From Camelus ferus (taxonomy: Eukaryota): DNA of 64,000 bases. The DNA lies in NCBI RefSeq assembly GCF_009834535.1, contig NC_045696.1:48300001-48364000 (forward strand). The letters are read 5' to 3'. Both the position numbers and the translations under genes were made by a program. Of the stretch, positions 39,520 to 52,500 are shown one piece after another (the first letter of the stretch is position 1; every line of letters starts with the position of its first letter). The notes beneath the pieces are model-generated. The model did no database searches. It had not been told where the DNA came from and was given only the letters and a program-made list of their open reading frames with translations.

Positions 39520-39750
39520 TCTCTGAATTCAGATTATTTTCACTCAAATATCAGCTCTGATGCTTCCATGCTGTACATCACTGGCAATTTGTGCAAACTC
39601 TTCAAGTTCAATCCCTCTTTTATAAAATTGCCATAATAATATTATTCATTTCAATATGTTTTCTATGAGAATTAACTGAGATAATATACCTAAAGCTTTC
39701 AGCTTTGTTATGTCACATGGTTGTGTTAGAATAAGAATAAGCTATCAATA
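39520..39750 (+). mobile_element. MIR fragment
   Basis: 'tctgaattcaga..tcaaatatcagctctg..tatgagaattaactgagataatatacctaaagc'. Confidence 0.65.
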
Positions 39751-41089
39751 CTATTAATAAGCAGGCACTTCATTTTTGTAGTAAAGTCAGGATGGATGTA
39801 GTTTGTAAATGGGTAACTTAATCAGATCATCCTGCTACTCTGGTTAACACACATGCGCTTAGGTAGACTGAGTGTAAGACTATTGGGTATAATCAGTTGT
39901 GTATATGAATGCTGGAAGTTTGCCATGCCCCCAAGAGTAAGCATTCATCTACAGGTTTCAATGAAGGATTCTATAAAAGCAACTTCCTTCGCCCCTGTTA
40001 CGGCCTTCTCTCCCCTTAGTATTGCAGCAGTGAAAGTCAGCTGAAAGTTTCAGGTAAAGCAAAATATTCCTTTTTTTAAAAAAATATTTTCATAGTGTGT
40101 TCTGTATAACTCTATAATCAAACTTTTTATACTATAATTGTCTTACAGGGTCTTATTAAATAAAACTGGAAAGAAGGAGAGAAGGGAGGGAGGGAGGGAG
40201 GAAAGAATGCACTGAGAATGGCAAGACCAGATTCAGAACACCTTACATTTCCCTGGAATCTGTCACAGGTGTTAGGTGTTCTCCTTCCATTCAAAATATA
40301 ATATTTTCTTAAATTTAGATATTTGGAGCTTTTTAGATTTCTATGAAGACTTCTAAAATTATTATTTAGGCATTATTATATTGTAAGCATTGTAATGCCT
40401 ATAATGATTATAATTATTTATTGGCATTATTCATAAGTTTTGAAAACCACTGCATGCTCAATTCTTGGTAGTTATTGACAGTCTTTGCCTAATAGAATAC
40501 TAACAATATCTGTATCTCTCTCTAGAAGGTAAGGTATTTGTTGGGATATAATAGTAAATAATACTTACTTCAAATATGCTAAATTACGTGATGTAAAACC
40601 AAACTGACAGTGGCCAACAGATCCATTTAATAATAAGAATGACATAAACAACAAACATCTAGAAGACACATAAAACATAACAGGCTATTGATGAAGGAAG
40701 ATAATGCATATTCATGCTATAGTTTAGGTGAACTAAACTCCCTCTGTTTTATGACATGGCTCTTAAAATCTCTGGATTTTTTTAAGTTAATTTTTTTGAA
40801 AAACTCAGTCATTTTTCTGTTTTGAAAAAAATGCCTGTGGTGTGTTAAGCATAGGTGAAGCTGAATTATTTAGTGTCTATTCACCTGAAGGAAATAATAC
40901 TAAAATACATTTTTATATAAATGTCATTTTCTGTTACAATGAAGACTTAACTTTATCAGTATGAGAAAATAAAAGCAAAGCAGAACAGAATAATAGAAGA
41001 TATATCACAAAGCTTTATTTTTAATTTACCTTGTTTTAACAATGGAATAAATGAAACTCAACATCCTTTCTGTGGTGGTTTTGCATCCC

Positions 41090-41530
41090 CCAAAATGATA
41101 ACCTGATTTTAGTTATGACATAATATCAGACAACAAAATAAATAATGAGGAACACAACAAAATAAGTGAGTACTCTTCCAAAATGTCAAGATCATGAAAG
41201 AAAAGGAAAACAAAAGCAAAGTCACACATTGGAGAAGAGCAAAGAGATGTAACAGCTAGACACAATGTGAGATTAACATAGGACTCTCAAATAAAAAGAA
41301 GATAAGGAAAAACATAATGGGAAAAAAAGACCTAGTGAAAAAACTGTTGGAATTTGAATAAAATCTGTGATATAGTTAATAATATCACACCCGTGTTAAT
41401 TTCCTGGTTTTTAAAATTATTTTCTGGTTATAAATGGTGCTAGCATTAGGAAAAACTGGAGTGAGAGATATACAGGAATTCTCTGTACTATTTTTGCAAC
41501 TTTTCTTTAAGTCTAAATTTAAAATGTAAA
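41090..41530 (+). mobile_element. L1MC-like 3' UTR fragment
   Basis: 'aaaatgtcaagatcatgaaaga', 'aatttgaataaaatctgt', 'gtgttaatttcctggtttt', 'ctctgtactatttttgcaacttttctttaagtctaaa'. Confidence 0.8.
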
Positions 41531-42324
41531 GTGAAAAAGAAAAGTTGGTTAACTTTTCCCAGTTCCATAAGTTAATTATTAGAAAAGTTTTGTTTGGGAC
41601 CACGGTGGTTTTCTCTTTTCTCCACAGCACAGTACACATCCCCATCAAAGTGGATATGCTCTAGCTTAGCTAACTAAGCAAGTCCCAGTATTTCATTTTA
41701 TGTTATCCTGAGATATTTGCAACTTGTCTAAATAAATACTCTGATCTTAATATTTTAATAATATTAATGGGTCCCAAGCAGAAAATAATCGTAAAACTGG
41801 TAATGAAGTAAGTTAATTCAGTCAGTTGAATTGTTCTTTTGAAATATTATTAGTCATAGCTGTCTAATCAGCAGTAGAACTCATATACAAATTTGTATTC
41901 GATATTTCCAAATAAAATGAGCTTTTGACCATAGCCTATCAAGGCAAGAAGTTACATCTGGTGTTAAAATAACATTAAAAAACAAAGTCACATTTTATTC
42001 CATTATGATCTAGCAACCCTAACCTGCAACAACCAGAGGGGAGAAATTGTGGGAAAATGTCAAATTCCATTAAATCTATGTGTAAATCCATGGATTAAGA
42101 TGAAAGTACACGTGGAAAGAGAAGCTTTCTGAAAGAAAAATCTAAATGAGACATAGCCTGAGGCTTAGAAACTTCTATATTGAGACTCTAATGGCATCCA
42201 GGAAATAAAATCCTTCCTAGAGTGAGATAAATTAACAGCAACATCAACAACAGGAGTATTAGGGCATGGATTTGGGCTCAAGTCTGTCCACAAATAATTT
42301 AGAAAATAAATATTTTTGAAGCCT

Positions 42325-42530
42325 GCTGTGAGCCAGGCATGTGGTTTTGCCTCCACGTTGATACTAGTTTGCCTCTACTACCTTGGGCAATTAATTACCT
42401 TAGTTCCCTAATGCCTACAAGTAGGGTAATTCCTTTTATAATTTATTTATTATTATTATTATGAAGTTATTTTTCATTATAGGTGTTTTTGATAAATAAA
42501 TGGTTAACATGTGGAAACATTTCAAGTTCT
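42325..42530 (+). mobile_element. MIR fragment
   Basis: 'gagccaggcatgtggttttg..ccttgggcaattaattacctt..aacatgtggaaacattt'; degraded. Confidence 0.5.
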
Positions 42531-42746
42531 TAGAAGGAAGGCATAAAAATTTTCTTAGCCACTGTTCTAAGTAGGAGGAAGTCAAATAAATACGATATAA
42601 GCCAAACAAGTATGATATTTTTGAACTTTGGGAAATAAAGTTTTTACCAGATAAGAGGAAAATCTGAAAATATGCTTCAGGATAGCAAATTAGAAGGTTT
42701 TATCCTCATATCAAATCAGATGGGGGATATTAGACCACAGTGGCAT

Positions 42747-43371
42747 AGAAAGGAAACAGTCACCCAAGTCCAGGAAGCTCAGAGAGTCCCATACAGGTTA
42801 ACCCAGAGAGTAGCACATCAAGACACATAGTAATCAAACCGACAGAAATTAAAGATAAAGAGAAAATATTAAAAGCAACAAAGGAAAAGCAACAAATAAC
42901 ATACAAGGGAACTCCCATAAAACTGTCAGCTGATCTTCAGCAGAAACACTGCAGGTCTGAAGGGAGTGGCAAAATATATTTAAAGTGAGGAAAGGGTAAA
43001 TCCTACAACCAAGAATACTCCACCCATTGAGGCTCTTGTTCAGATTTGATGGAGAAATATGTCACGAGGAATCTAAAAAAATGATGCAAATTAACTTATT
43101 TACAAAGCAGAAATAGACTCACAGACATAGAAAACAAACTTATGATTATCAAAGGGAAAAAGGTTGGGGGAGGATAAGTTAGGAGTTTGTGATTAAAATA
43201 TACACCCTACTATATATAAAATAAATAACCAATAGCATGGGGAACTATACTCAATATCTTGTAATGGAAAAGAATCTGAAAAATATATTATATATATAAA
43301 TAACTGAATCACTTTGCTGTATACCTGAAACTAACACAACATTGTAAATCAACTATACTTAAATAATAATA
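42747..43371 (+). mobile_element. L1 with an ORF1 segment joined directly to the 3' UTR (ORF2 absent)
   Basis: 42750-43058 translates in pieces to ORF1p motifs (VQEAQRVPY, RHIVIK, KDKEKILKA, QQITYKGTPIKLSAD, AETLQ). From ~43059 it reads as L1 3' UTR ('ggaatctaaaaaa..cttatttacaaagcagaaatagactcacagacatagaaaacaaac..aaatcaactatactt'). Confidence 0.9.
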
Positions 43372-44571
43372 ACATGACATAACACATAGGAAGCTAGAGT
43401 ATTGATTCTTTGCCCAGAATTCTTGCCTTTAGTCTGAGAGATTCTTTTTAAGTAAAACAGACAAACTAAAAATCCTAGTAAGTACTCTGAATACCTTTAA
43501 ACTGTGACAGTCCTTGTGAGTTCATAGGTAACACCTCTGTGTGCTTTTGTCCCCAAGTAAGGTTATTAAAATGGCAATTGAAAAATACAAGAGCCCAAGA
43601 ATGTTATAGAAAACATGGCCTTTAATAGAAGAGGACTTTTTACAAAGAGGTTGATTTCACTCAGACTCTCTTGGGTTGTAATGTTTTTCTTTCTAAGAAG
43701 GAATCTGATCATCTCAGAGTACTAAAACAAAACAGAAATCTCTTGTCGAATCATGTTTTAAACCACATTAACTTTCCACCATGAGGATGGTGCCTGAGTC
43801 ATGCCATAAGAGTACCTGTGACTTCTGAAATGGAATGACTAGATCTCCAAATCGAAGGAATATTCATGTTTGTATATGTCAGTTCAACAGACGAACAGTT
43901 ATTCTTTCTGGAGAGAGAACTGAACCCCCTATAACTTCATAAAAATAGAATATCCTGAGTTCTCCTTGTGTGAAGATGCTAGCCAAATTCACTAGTAGCT
44001 TGTTTTTCTCTTGTTAGTAACTTATCCCTTCCGATATTGTCACAGGAGATTTGTCGTTAAACAAGGATCTTTTCACAAAACCCCTTTGGTGGGAAAGCTG
44101 AATGAAACACACAAACTTGGGAAGAGAAATGACTATGCTGACAGCTTAATGTTCTGCAGGAGCAAGCAGCTGTTCAGTGAGCACTGTGATTAACTCAGGG
44201 TGCTTCATGCATTTGTGGGCTTTTTGTTTCTCTGATATTGATCCAAATTTCTGTATCAAAATTGAAATCCAAGTAGGAGTTCTACTGGGAAATCACTCAA
44301 ATGAGTCACAAAATGACTTTTCAAAAGCATTTATTTTCTGGGTGCAACTAATCTATGGCCACTTTTCTTGTGATAGAAAGGAGGTCTCACCTCCTTTGGA
44401 TTCAGCCATTTTTGTTGTTACTGTTGTTTGTTTTTTGTTTGTATTCTTTCTTAACATGTTTGCAGTAAGATTTCGCACTTTATTTATCCAGATTAACAAC
44501 AGTAATAAAAAAAATCCCACCTCTGTACTTCTTAGTTTTCAAATCAGTAGTCAGTAACTGAAATATGGAGC

Positions 44572-44710
44572 CACTGTGTGGCCCTGACCCAGCAGCATTG
44601 ATGTAATCTTTGAACTTGTAAGAAATTCAGAGTCTCAGGCCCCCCTCCAGTCCCACTGAGTCTGTATTTTAATAAGATCCGAAGGTACCTTAAAAGTTTA
44701 GAAGCACTAT
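44572..44710. mobile_element. MER5A-type DNA transposon
   Basis: 'gtgtggccctgacccagcagcat..gaacttgtaagaaattcagagtctcaggcccc..attttaataagatcc..aaagtttagaagcact'. Confidence 0.8.
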
Positions 44711-44920
44711 CTCATCCTATTAGACTGGTGGATGTCTGCTTTTCACTTCAGGGTTTGTGATTATAATTGTCCTTTGATTTTGACAAATTGGAAGCTGAGT
44801 TGTTATGTATATGTACAGCTGTATTCCCGCGGTTTTATCATTTAAGGATGTACCAGGGATACCTTATGTAAAAATTAAGGCTCCAATTGGATGTGTACCA
44901 ATTTTACTTTAAGTCACATT

Positions 44921-44999
44921 TGTGTGTATATATATACATGTGTGTGTGTACTATATATATATATATATACATGTGTGTGTGTACTATATATATATATAG
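44921..44999. repeat. Compound (TG)n/(TA)n repeat with a duplicated ~32-bp unit
   Basis: 'atacatgtgtgtgtgtactatatatatat' occurs twice in tandem. Confidence 0.9.
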
Positions 45000-47900
45000 T
45001 AAACATTTATCAGAGATTTTCTTTTGTCAGAAATAAGGCTTTCAATTGACATTACATAGTCTGTTCTCCACAGATTGTAACATGGGTAAAGCCAACATCC
45101 TTTACTTACGCCAGCAACTATAATTAGCTGAAAATTGAGCAAAAGAAAATGCAGACTATAAGCAAATATATACATTCCTTCAGGGCAGAAACAGAAACTA
45201 TGCCTCATGATATCAGCTAAATACTAGGGATGCTATAATAAATAGCATATAATGGATTCTAAATAAATATGTATTGAATAAATGACTATGCTCAAATGTA
45301 ACTCTTGCTTAGATCACAAGGTGATGAAATGCCTTTTCCTCGAAGTCCCCATTTGGTGAAATCATTATGAACTCCTGGGCCTGTATTCTCCCAGTAGGGT
45401 CCTGATTTTTCATGATTTCTCCTTAAATCATCATTATTTTTCACCTCTTCCATCATCTATAAAGTCTGAATTCACAAAACGTTATTTCAGTATGCAATTG
45501 CTACTGCCTTTGCTGCTGTAATTCAAAAATAAACGAGAAACAGCTACTGGGATTTGACATGGTGTCATCTCTCTGTACGTTGACCCAAGTATTATTCCCA
45601 TTGAAGGACTTCCTCCTCAAGAGGTTAATTCATATTTATTAGTCTCCCAAATGAACAGCATTTCAGCCTCATAGTCCTTTCTTAAGGAACTTGAGAATTT
45701 GAGGCATCTAGCAAAAATATTCAGTCAATAAATACGTATACAGTAGCCGTAATACTTGAAGTTGTGTTTAGGTCACTTTTGGGAGCATGGACATGAACAG
45801 GAACAAACATGACATGGACAGATGGTAGTAAAAGTTAGAAGGAAATATACAAACAAAGAGACATGATGGAAATAATCTGGGAGTAGGACGCTAATTCAGT
45901 CAGGGTGATGACTGGAGATCCCATGTGGAGGTGGTGATGTTTGAAGTGAGTAGAGGTAGAAACCAGAAAAACGAGTGTAGGGGAAAAGTGGGGGAGTGAG
46001 CTTGAGTAACTGTAGGGTTTGTTTTGTGAAATAATGAGACAATGAGTTAGCAGTAAGTATGAGTGAGTGAATGAATAAATGAATGACATTATTAACGAAA
46101 AAGTTGATGAGCCTAAGGAAGTTCCCCTGTATCTGGATATGAGGGTGTTTGAGTGACACCCTCACATCATCGCAGTGTCCCATTCAATATTATTTCTCAT
46201 AAATTCTGCCAGGATGGAGTAAAAACTGCTTGATTCCTTCCTCTGTCAGGATGTGTCCGCCTCCATTCCCTTCCCTTCCCCTCCAGTCTGGGCATTTTCT
46301 GAGAGGTCAGCAGTGATCTTACCCTCTCTCTTTATTTATTAATTCCCATAACCTTGCATTCATTCTAGTAGGCACAGCTAGCTCTGACAGCCCCAATGGT
46401 AGGTATGAGGAGACTTTTTTGTTTATAAAGATACTTATTTCACAGGATAATACCTAAAGTTGTTTTAAAATGTGTGAGAAATGTCTCACAAATGTAATAA
46501 CACAGCAACACATTTTTAGTTCTCTGAGCCCATATGGAGCCACAGGGCTGTCTGTCTCTGCTGTCCCTCACACTGAAGTGCTCCATGTGTACCACAGGTC
46601 ATGGTTTCAGATGAAAAGAGTCGCTCTGTGCTCTTGCCCTGTCGTTTGTCCATAGAATACAAAGGCTTAGTCCTTACTAGGAGAAAATTTTAGGAAAAGT
46701 GTCGTGGAAAAGCCATATGAAATTATGTGAATTGTGGTTTTCCAAGACATCGGATGAAAGAACAGACTCTTTGGCTACTGTGCTTTTCTCCAAGTACAGT
46801 TGTATTTGGATGCCTTTGAGTCCTCTGCTCTCAACACCAGCCATTGTCCTGTCAATTTTTGCATGTTTGCTATTTAGAATTATTTTCTCAATTATGCTGG
46901 TGATTCTTAAAATTGAGTCCATATGGGCAACGATACGATATGTCATTAACTGATGATACTTTCTTACACAGGGTGACTTAATTGCCCATTGATTAGGATA
47001 CAGATAAATCAGCTGTGGCGTAGTCAGAACTTGGAATCAATGACTTAATTTTAAAAAATACATACTACCTACTATGTATAATATGCAGCACACATGTGGC
47101 ATTACTCAATCTCTTTTAAAATTTGGTTGATTGCTTATCCTTGAGCTTTCTTGAAGTGTTTTATCCACCTTGAAAATAACAGAATAATAAGGTCCTAACT
47201 GATTTCTAACTAGAAAAAGAGAGAGAAGAGAGACTATCCATGTATTTCTCACACAGAATGGGCCCAGGTTGGTTTTGGTCTATGGATCTTAAATGTTTTT
47301 AAGTTTCTGCAGTCTTTTCAGGATATATTAGAGCTTTATCATGGCAAAGAACTGTATTTTTCTACTTGATGATTTATAAGTGCATTTGTCATTTAATATT
47401 ATAGAAATAAGTTATTAATAAAATTTCATCTAAGTGATAGAAATGAGAGATGTGTCTGTTAGAAAAACACACACCATAAGAGAAGACGGAGACAAGTGAA
47501 CAAATATGATTCCTACAAAATCTTAGTTTCTAATGTACCAATGGTCACTCAGATTTGATGCCAGCCTTTTGTTTCAGTCTTATATGCTAGACGAAAAGTT
47601 TGACTAAAAGAAATTCTAAAAGCATTAAGGCATGAGCAATACTCTTTGGCTACCCTGCCTGGCGGTGGCAATGTCTGGAAGAGGAGGTGCTGGTGACACT
47701 CAACAGGCAGGTGGACCCTGTTGGGAATAGAAACACCCAGGAAAAATGGTTCATGATTAAGTTTTTCCCAGCGATAATGTAGAAGGGCAAAGTGAGAGGA
47801 ACAAACTGACAAGTATGACCTGAGTTTGAGTTCAGTTTTATACACTTAATAAGATCTAACTTAGATTGGTTCTATTTTTGAGACTGAGTTTTGAATCCTT

Positions 47901-50459
47901 GTTTATATATTACATATTCAGATAGATACAGTGTACTTTGTTATCTGTGACAAGTAAATTGCACAATAGACATAAACCACCTAACATAGTATCTTGCTGG
48001 TTGAATGAGTTCAAAATGTTAGTTCTCTTTCTCTCCTTCCCTTCGTCTCCATGTCGGCTGAAAACCAAAGAGAAGGAACATAAGGCAAGTGATAGGTAGA
48101 AATGGAATCTAAATGAGAAGAGGAACAAAAGAACATTATCTAACTGACAGAATAGGAAGAGAGAGGTGATCAAAAGATAGGGATGAGGAGCTATTGGACA
48201 TACTGTGCCTTATAGAAATCATATTAGAGAAAGAAGTGTTAGCGAAGGGAATGACTGATTAGTGGTAGAGAAAATAATTGAAACAGGAAAAAGTGCTAAT
48301 GCTAAATGGAAGGAAAATAAAAGAATTGTTATGAGAAATTACAGTGTATTGAAAAACACTTGCCTGTTAGTTTGCTAAGAACATCTGAAAACACTGCATA
48401 GGATACTGTTAAGAGTTGTATTAAGTCATTGGAAAATGACATTATTCTTCTCTCTTTTGATTAAATCCTCCCAGAAACTTGGAGTCTAACAGGCATAACA
48501 CATCTACCAAAGTGAGAAATTGCATCACAGAGTTTGTGAAAGAAAAAACAAAACAAAAACAAAAATTGAAAAAGAAAAGTTCCTTGGAAAAAAAAGAAAT
48601 AAATGGACATTTATGACACCAGATATACTACTGGTGATTGAAGTCAATCCAATAGTTTAAAAAATAGGTATATAAACAGATATTGAAATTATGGGTTAAG
48701 TGTTAACAAACAGAATTTATAGTGAAGAATTCTAATCTATATTCTAGAATCCATACAGAAAAAATGCCACCACATACATAATAAATGAAATAAACCCTGA
48801 TGTCTCCCAGGGTTATACATTGATGTGATACATCAAAATAATGATGAATTTATCAAGGTGGTAGATTAGAATTTAAATGGAATTATTAAAATTCACCAAA
48901 TTGTAGTTAGGTTCATTCAGTTTACTGCTCTTTGATCATGGCTTAGCCAAGAGTCTCAGAGAAGATATTTAAAACACAATTTTTGAAAGGTCATTGATGA
49001 TTCATAAGTGTTTTATGTAAATGTAAAAATGTTTTTCTCCTTTTGACTCAACTCACTGTGGTGTAAAATTTCTTTAAATCTTCTCCCGAACTTTAGTTTT
49101 TTTTAATATTACTTATTTGAACTTTGTTATATTACTTATTTGAACTTAAAAAATATCAGTAGTGTAAAGTTAAGAGTAAGTAATGGGCCAGTATAAGTCA
49201 AGTTGTACCTTTTCTATCATTAATAACTATAGATTGAATCCTTAATTATGTCATATTCAGTCATCCACATCTCTTTGCAATGATTAAGCTAAAAAACTGG
49301 CCAAAAATGAATAGTGATGGAATTAGAGTATTTTCCATGTTCCTGTTATTAGGCCAACCATTTAAGAACATGCAAATGTAAGGAGGTAGTAGAAGGGAGT
49401 TTAACAGATACATTTTACTTCTTTATAGCTGCCAGAGGTGAGGATGCATATTATTTCTCTCCTTAGAGCAAATTGTTTGTACGTGGAGCATAATAGTGGT
49501 TTGCAGTAAGTGTCTTGGGCCAGAGACAATAATCTTCCCCACAAAAGCTTAAAAAAATTTAAAAATTGTATAGGGGATCATCTTTCAGTTTTACCTTTAG
49601 CAAAATGACTGTTTTGTACGCCCAGAAAAAATAGATATTTTTCTTAAATTGAAGACAAAAATGTCCACCATTATTTCAAGCAATCCAGTCACTTGACAGC
49701 TTTATAGAAACAAGGGAAGACTTATTTCATGTAAGTTATTTCATAGGAAATAGTGGCTGTATTTGCTTCTGAAACTTATTTTGAATATTAAAAAATAATA
49801 AATTCTGTCTGTATCTTCACTTCTTGAACAATGCTAAAATTGGATAACTTCTATCGGTGGCTGCAGTGACTTCTGAGGTCAGAGGAGTTAAACTCTACCT
49901 TGTTGACAGTGTGAACAAATAAAACAACATGGCATCTGTCTCAGGTTATAATGCTATTTTGGTACTTCTGCCAACTTGACTAACACTGAAAAAAAAAGAG
50001 AAGGACTTTTTTGAAGGGACACCTCCCACTGAGTAGTTGAGCAACAGTGCCTCCCCTAATGTTATTTTTCTGCCTTCTTTGTTATGCTCACCTTAAGCAG
50101 CCATTGCCAGGCACCCCAGTGTTCACCCCCTGTTGGAAGTTACTACTGTTGAAAAGAATGCAGAGTCAGAGATTTGAGAGGATTTCCTGGTGCTTATGGC
50201 TGAACTCTTATTACTGTAGAGTCTCTTTGGCTGCATTTCCCAATGAGGATATTTACTACCAAAAGACGTAATGCATTCAGGTCCTTTAGGAAAACTGGAG
50301 TGGAACAGAAAAAAACCAATAGTTGTAGCAGTGCAATCAGTGCTAAACTGTGGTGGGGGATAAAAAGGAAACCAAAAATGTCTTATATGTTGAGGTCAAG
50401 TAGTTCCCTTGCTTTCAGCGCGTCCTTACTTTCTACCTTGTTGAAAAATGCAAGGTACT

Positions 50460-52058
50460 GAATGCCCACCGCCGCATCCACTCTCCGACCAACATCCGTA
50501 CCTACATACTCAGGCTCCCTTCCTGCTATTATCAGCTCTCCCTATTACTCTTTAGGGGTAAATCCTCCACTGAAGTACTAGACCCCATCTCTCTTACTCA
50601 AGAATCTTGCTTGAGAAACTTTTCTCTCTTTCCTGTATCAGCAAAGTTCTCTCTTTCCTGGACCAAGCCCATCAACATTCAAACAGGCCAATATTTATAT
50701 CTTAAAAAAATTGTTTTGATCCCAAGCCCATCATTGTTACCATCCTATTTCACTGTTTCTTCTTATAAGAAGAATGCTCAAAGAATAATCAATACTCACT
50801 ACTATGAATTCCTTTCTTCCCAGGCTCCCTTAAATTCACTCGAGTAAACATTTCATTGCCATCACTCCACTGAAACTAATACACGTAACCAAAGACCTCT
50901 GTGTTACTGAATTCAACTGTTAGTGCTCAGTCATTATCTTACTTAGATGTTTAGTACGTGATTCTTCTTTTTTCAGTAGTGCACACTCCTGGTTTCCTAC
51001 TACCAACTGGTCCTTCCTTTACCTTTTCCTTTACTGGTTCTTTTTCTTTTTCCTGATCTCTAAACTTCTTCAGAATGTCCCAAGATCCAGTTCTTTGACC
51101 TTTTCATTCCTCAGTCTATACTCCCTTACCAGTGCTGTGATTTTTAAATATGTTCATATTCTGATGACCCCTTAAATTTTATCTCCAGCCTGACCTTCTC
51201 CTGAACACCAAATCTGTACATTCAACTGCTTGTTTTTCATCTCTATTGGATAGCTAACAGACATCTCAAACTCAACAAGTCAAAAAAGAAATTCTCATGG
51301 TTCACATTGAATCCACTGGAAAATCCTCTCAGCTCTACCTTTAAAACATGTTTTAAATTGTACCACTGGTCACCACCCTCACTGCCATCTCCATGGGCTG
51401 CCTCCTTCATTTCTTGATGAAACCACTGCAACTAGCCTCCTTCTTTCCTCAGTTTCTGTCTTGTAGCCTATTGTCTAAAAGAGAAGCCAGAGTGATAGTA
51501 TTAATGTAAATGTGATTATGTCTCTCTATTGTTCCAAGCTCTCCGATGTCTCTATCTCAGTCAGAGTAAGGAAAGCCCTTTTCATGCTCTACACACCCTG
51601 TAATATCTGTCTCCCCATTACCTTTCTGGTCCTGTCTCTTTCATTTGTGCCTCTTGCCATTTCTGCTCCTTCCACACTGGTCTCCCAGCTCCTTGAACTT
51701 GCCAGGCATTCTCTCCCATTAGTGCCTTTGTCTTAGTGTTTCCTCTGTCTTAAGTACCCTTATTCCCTGTGCTTTTTAAGGTTTGCTCCATCATTTCCAA
51801 GTTTTTGCTTAAATAGCATGTTTTGCAAGGACTTTCCAGACTACTTAGAATGCAATTCTTCATCAGTCTTCCCTGCAATTTTTTTCTTTATAAAATTTAC
51901 TACCTTATAACGTATCATAATGTCTGTCTTTCTCCAGTAGACTAACTTCACAAAGGCAGAGATTTTTGCCTGTTTGTCCAATACTTTATCCCAAGTACCT
52001 AGTAATAGCATGTGGCATGTGATAGGTTCTAGAAGTGCATTTATTGAATAAATAAATA
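50460..52058 (+). mobile_element. L2 (L2a-like) LINE, 3' ~1.6 kb
   Basis: 'catcactccactgaaact', 'atctccagcctgacc', 'aacagacatctcaaactcaaca', 'cagctctacctttaaaa', 'gaagccagagtgat', ending 'ttattgaataaataaat'. Confidence 0.9.
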
Positions 52059-52259
52059 TATTTTCATTGCACTGAGTAGAAGCTACACAACTTTTTTTTC
52101 TTTTAATTTTGAGAAGGAAACTTCTTGGGTTTCTTTCAGGTCTTTTCTTAAGTGTGCCACTTAACAGAAGGCCAAAAACTTTTTAGGCTTTGATAAATTA
52201 TTTCATTAACCATCTAGCATTTTTTAAGCTGTTTTAAAATTCATTGTGATATCTTCTAA

Positions 52260-52500
52260 TTAGTAGAGTGGTGGAGTCTGAATTTTGGAGTCGTATTGCA
52301 AAGGTTTGATTACAGGTCATAAACTTCCTAGATGTGGCGTCTTGGACAAGTCATTCAATGCCTTTACTTCAGTATTTTCTTCTGTTAAATGGGATAGTAA
52401 ATAATAAACCACTTATATTCTTTGTAATATTTAATCTTCCAAACAAGAATATGATATAAAGTTTATATGCAGTACCTAGTACATAATAATTAAGGTATAA
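52260..52500 (+). mobile_element. MIR fragment
   Basis: 'agagtggtggag..ttttggagtc..cttggacaagtcattcaa..tcagtattttcttctgttaaatgggatagtaa'. Confidence 0.75.

Noticed and set aside
42021..42046. CTCF-like 'caaccagaggggaga'
   Set aside because: Lacks the GGC core; weaker than the site at 27258.
44177..44557. 126-aa ORF
   Set aside because: Non-ATG start, T-rich low-complexity composition, no recognisable homology.
46677..46953. Overlapping sense and antisense ORFs of 84 and 89 aa in unique sequence
   Set aside because: No recognisable domain or convincing splice boundaries; ORFs of this length are expected by chance in 64 kb.
49106..49147. Short direct repeat atattacttatttgaactt x2 (similar small duplications at ~1437-1481, ~3589-3610, ~58149-58176)
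   Set aside because: Two-copy slippage duplications with no repeat-spacer array; not CRISPR-like, and the DNA is eukaryotic.
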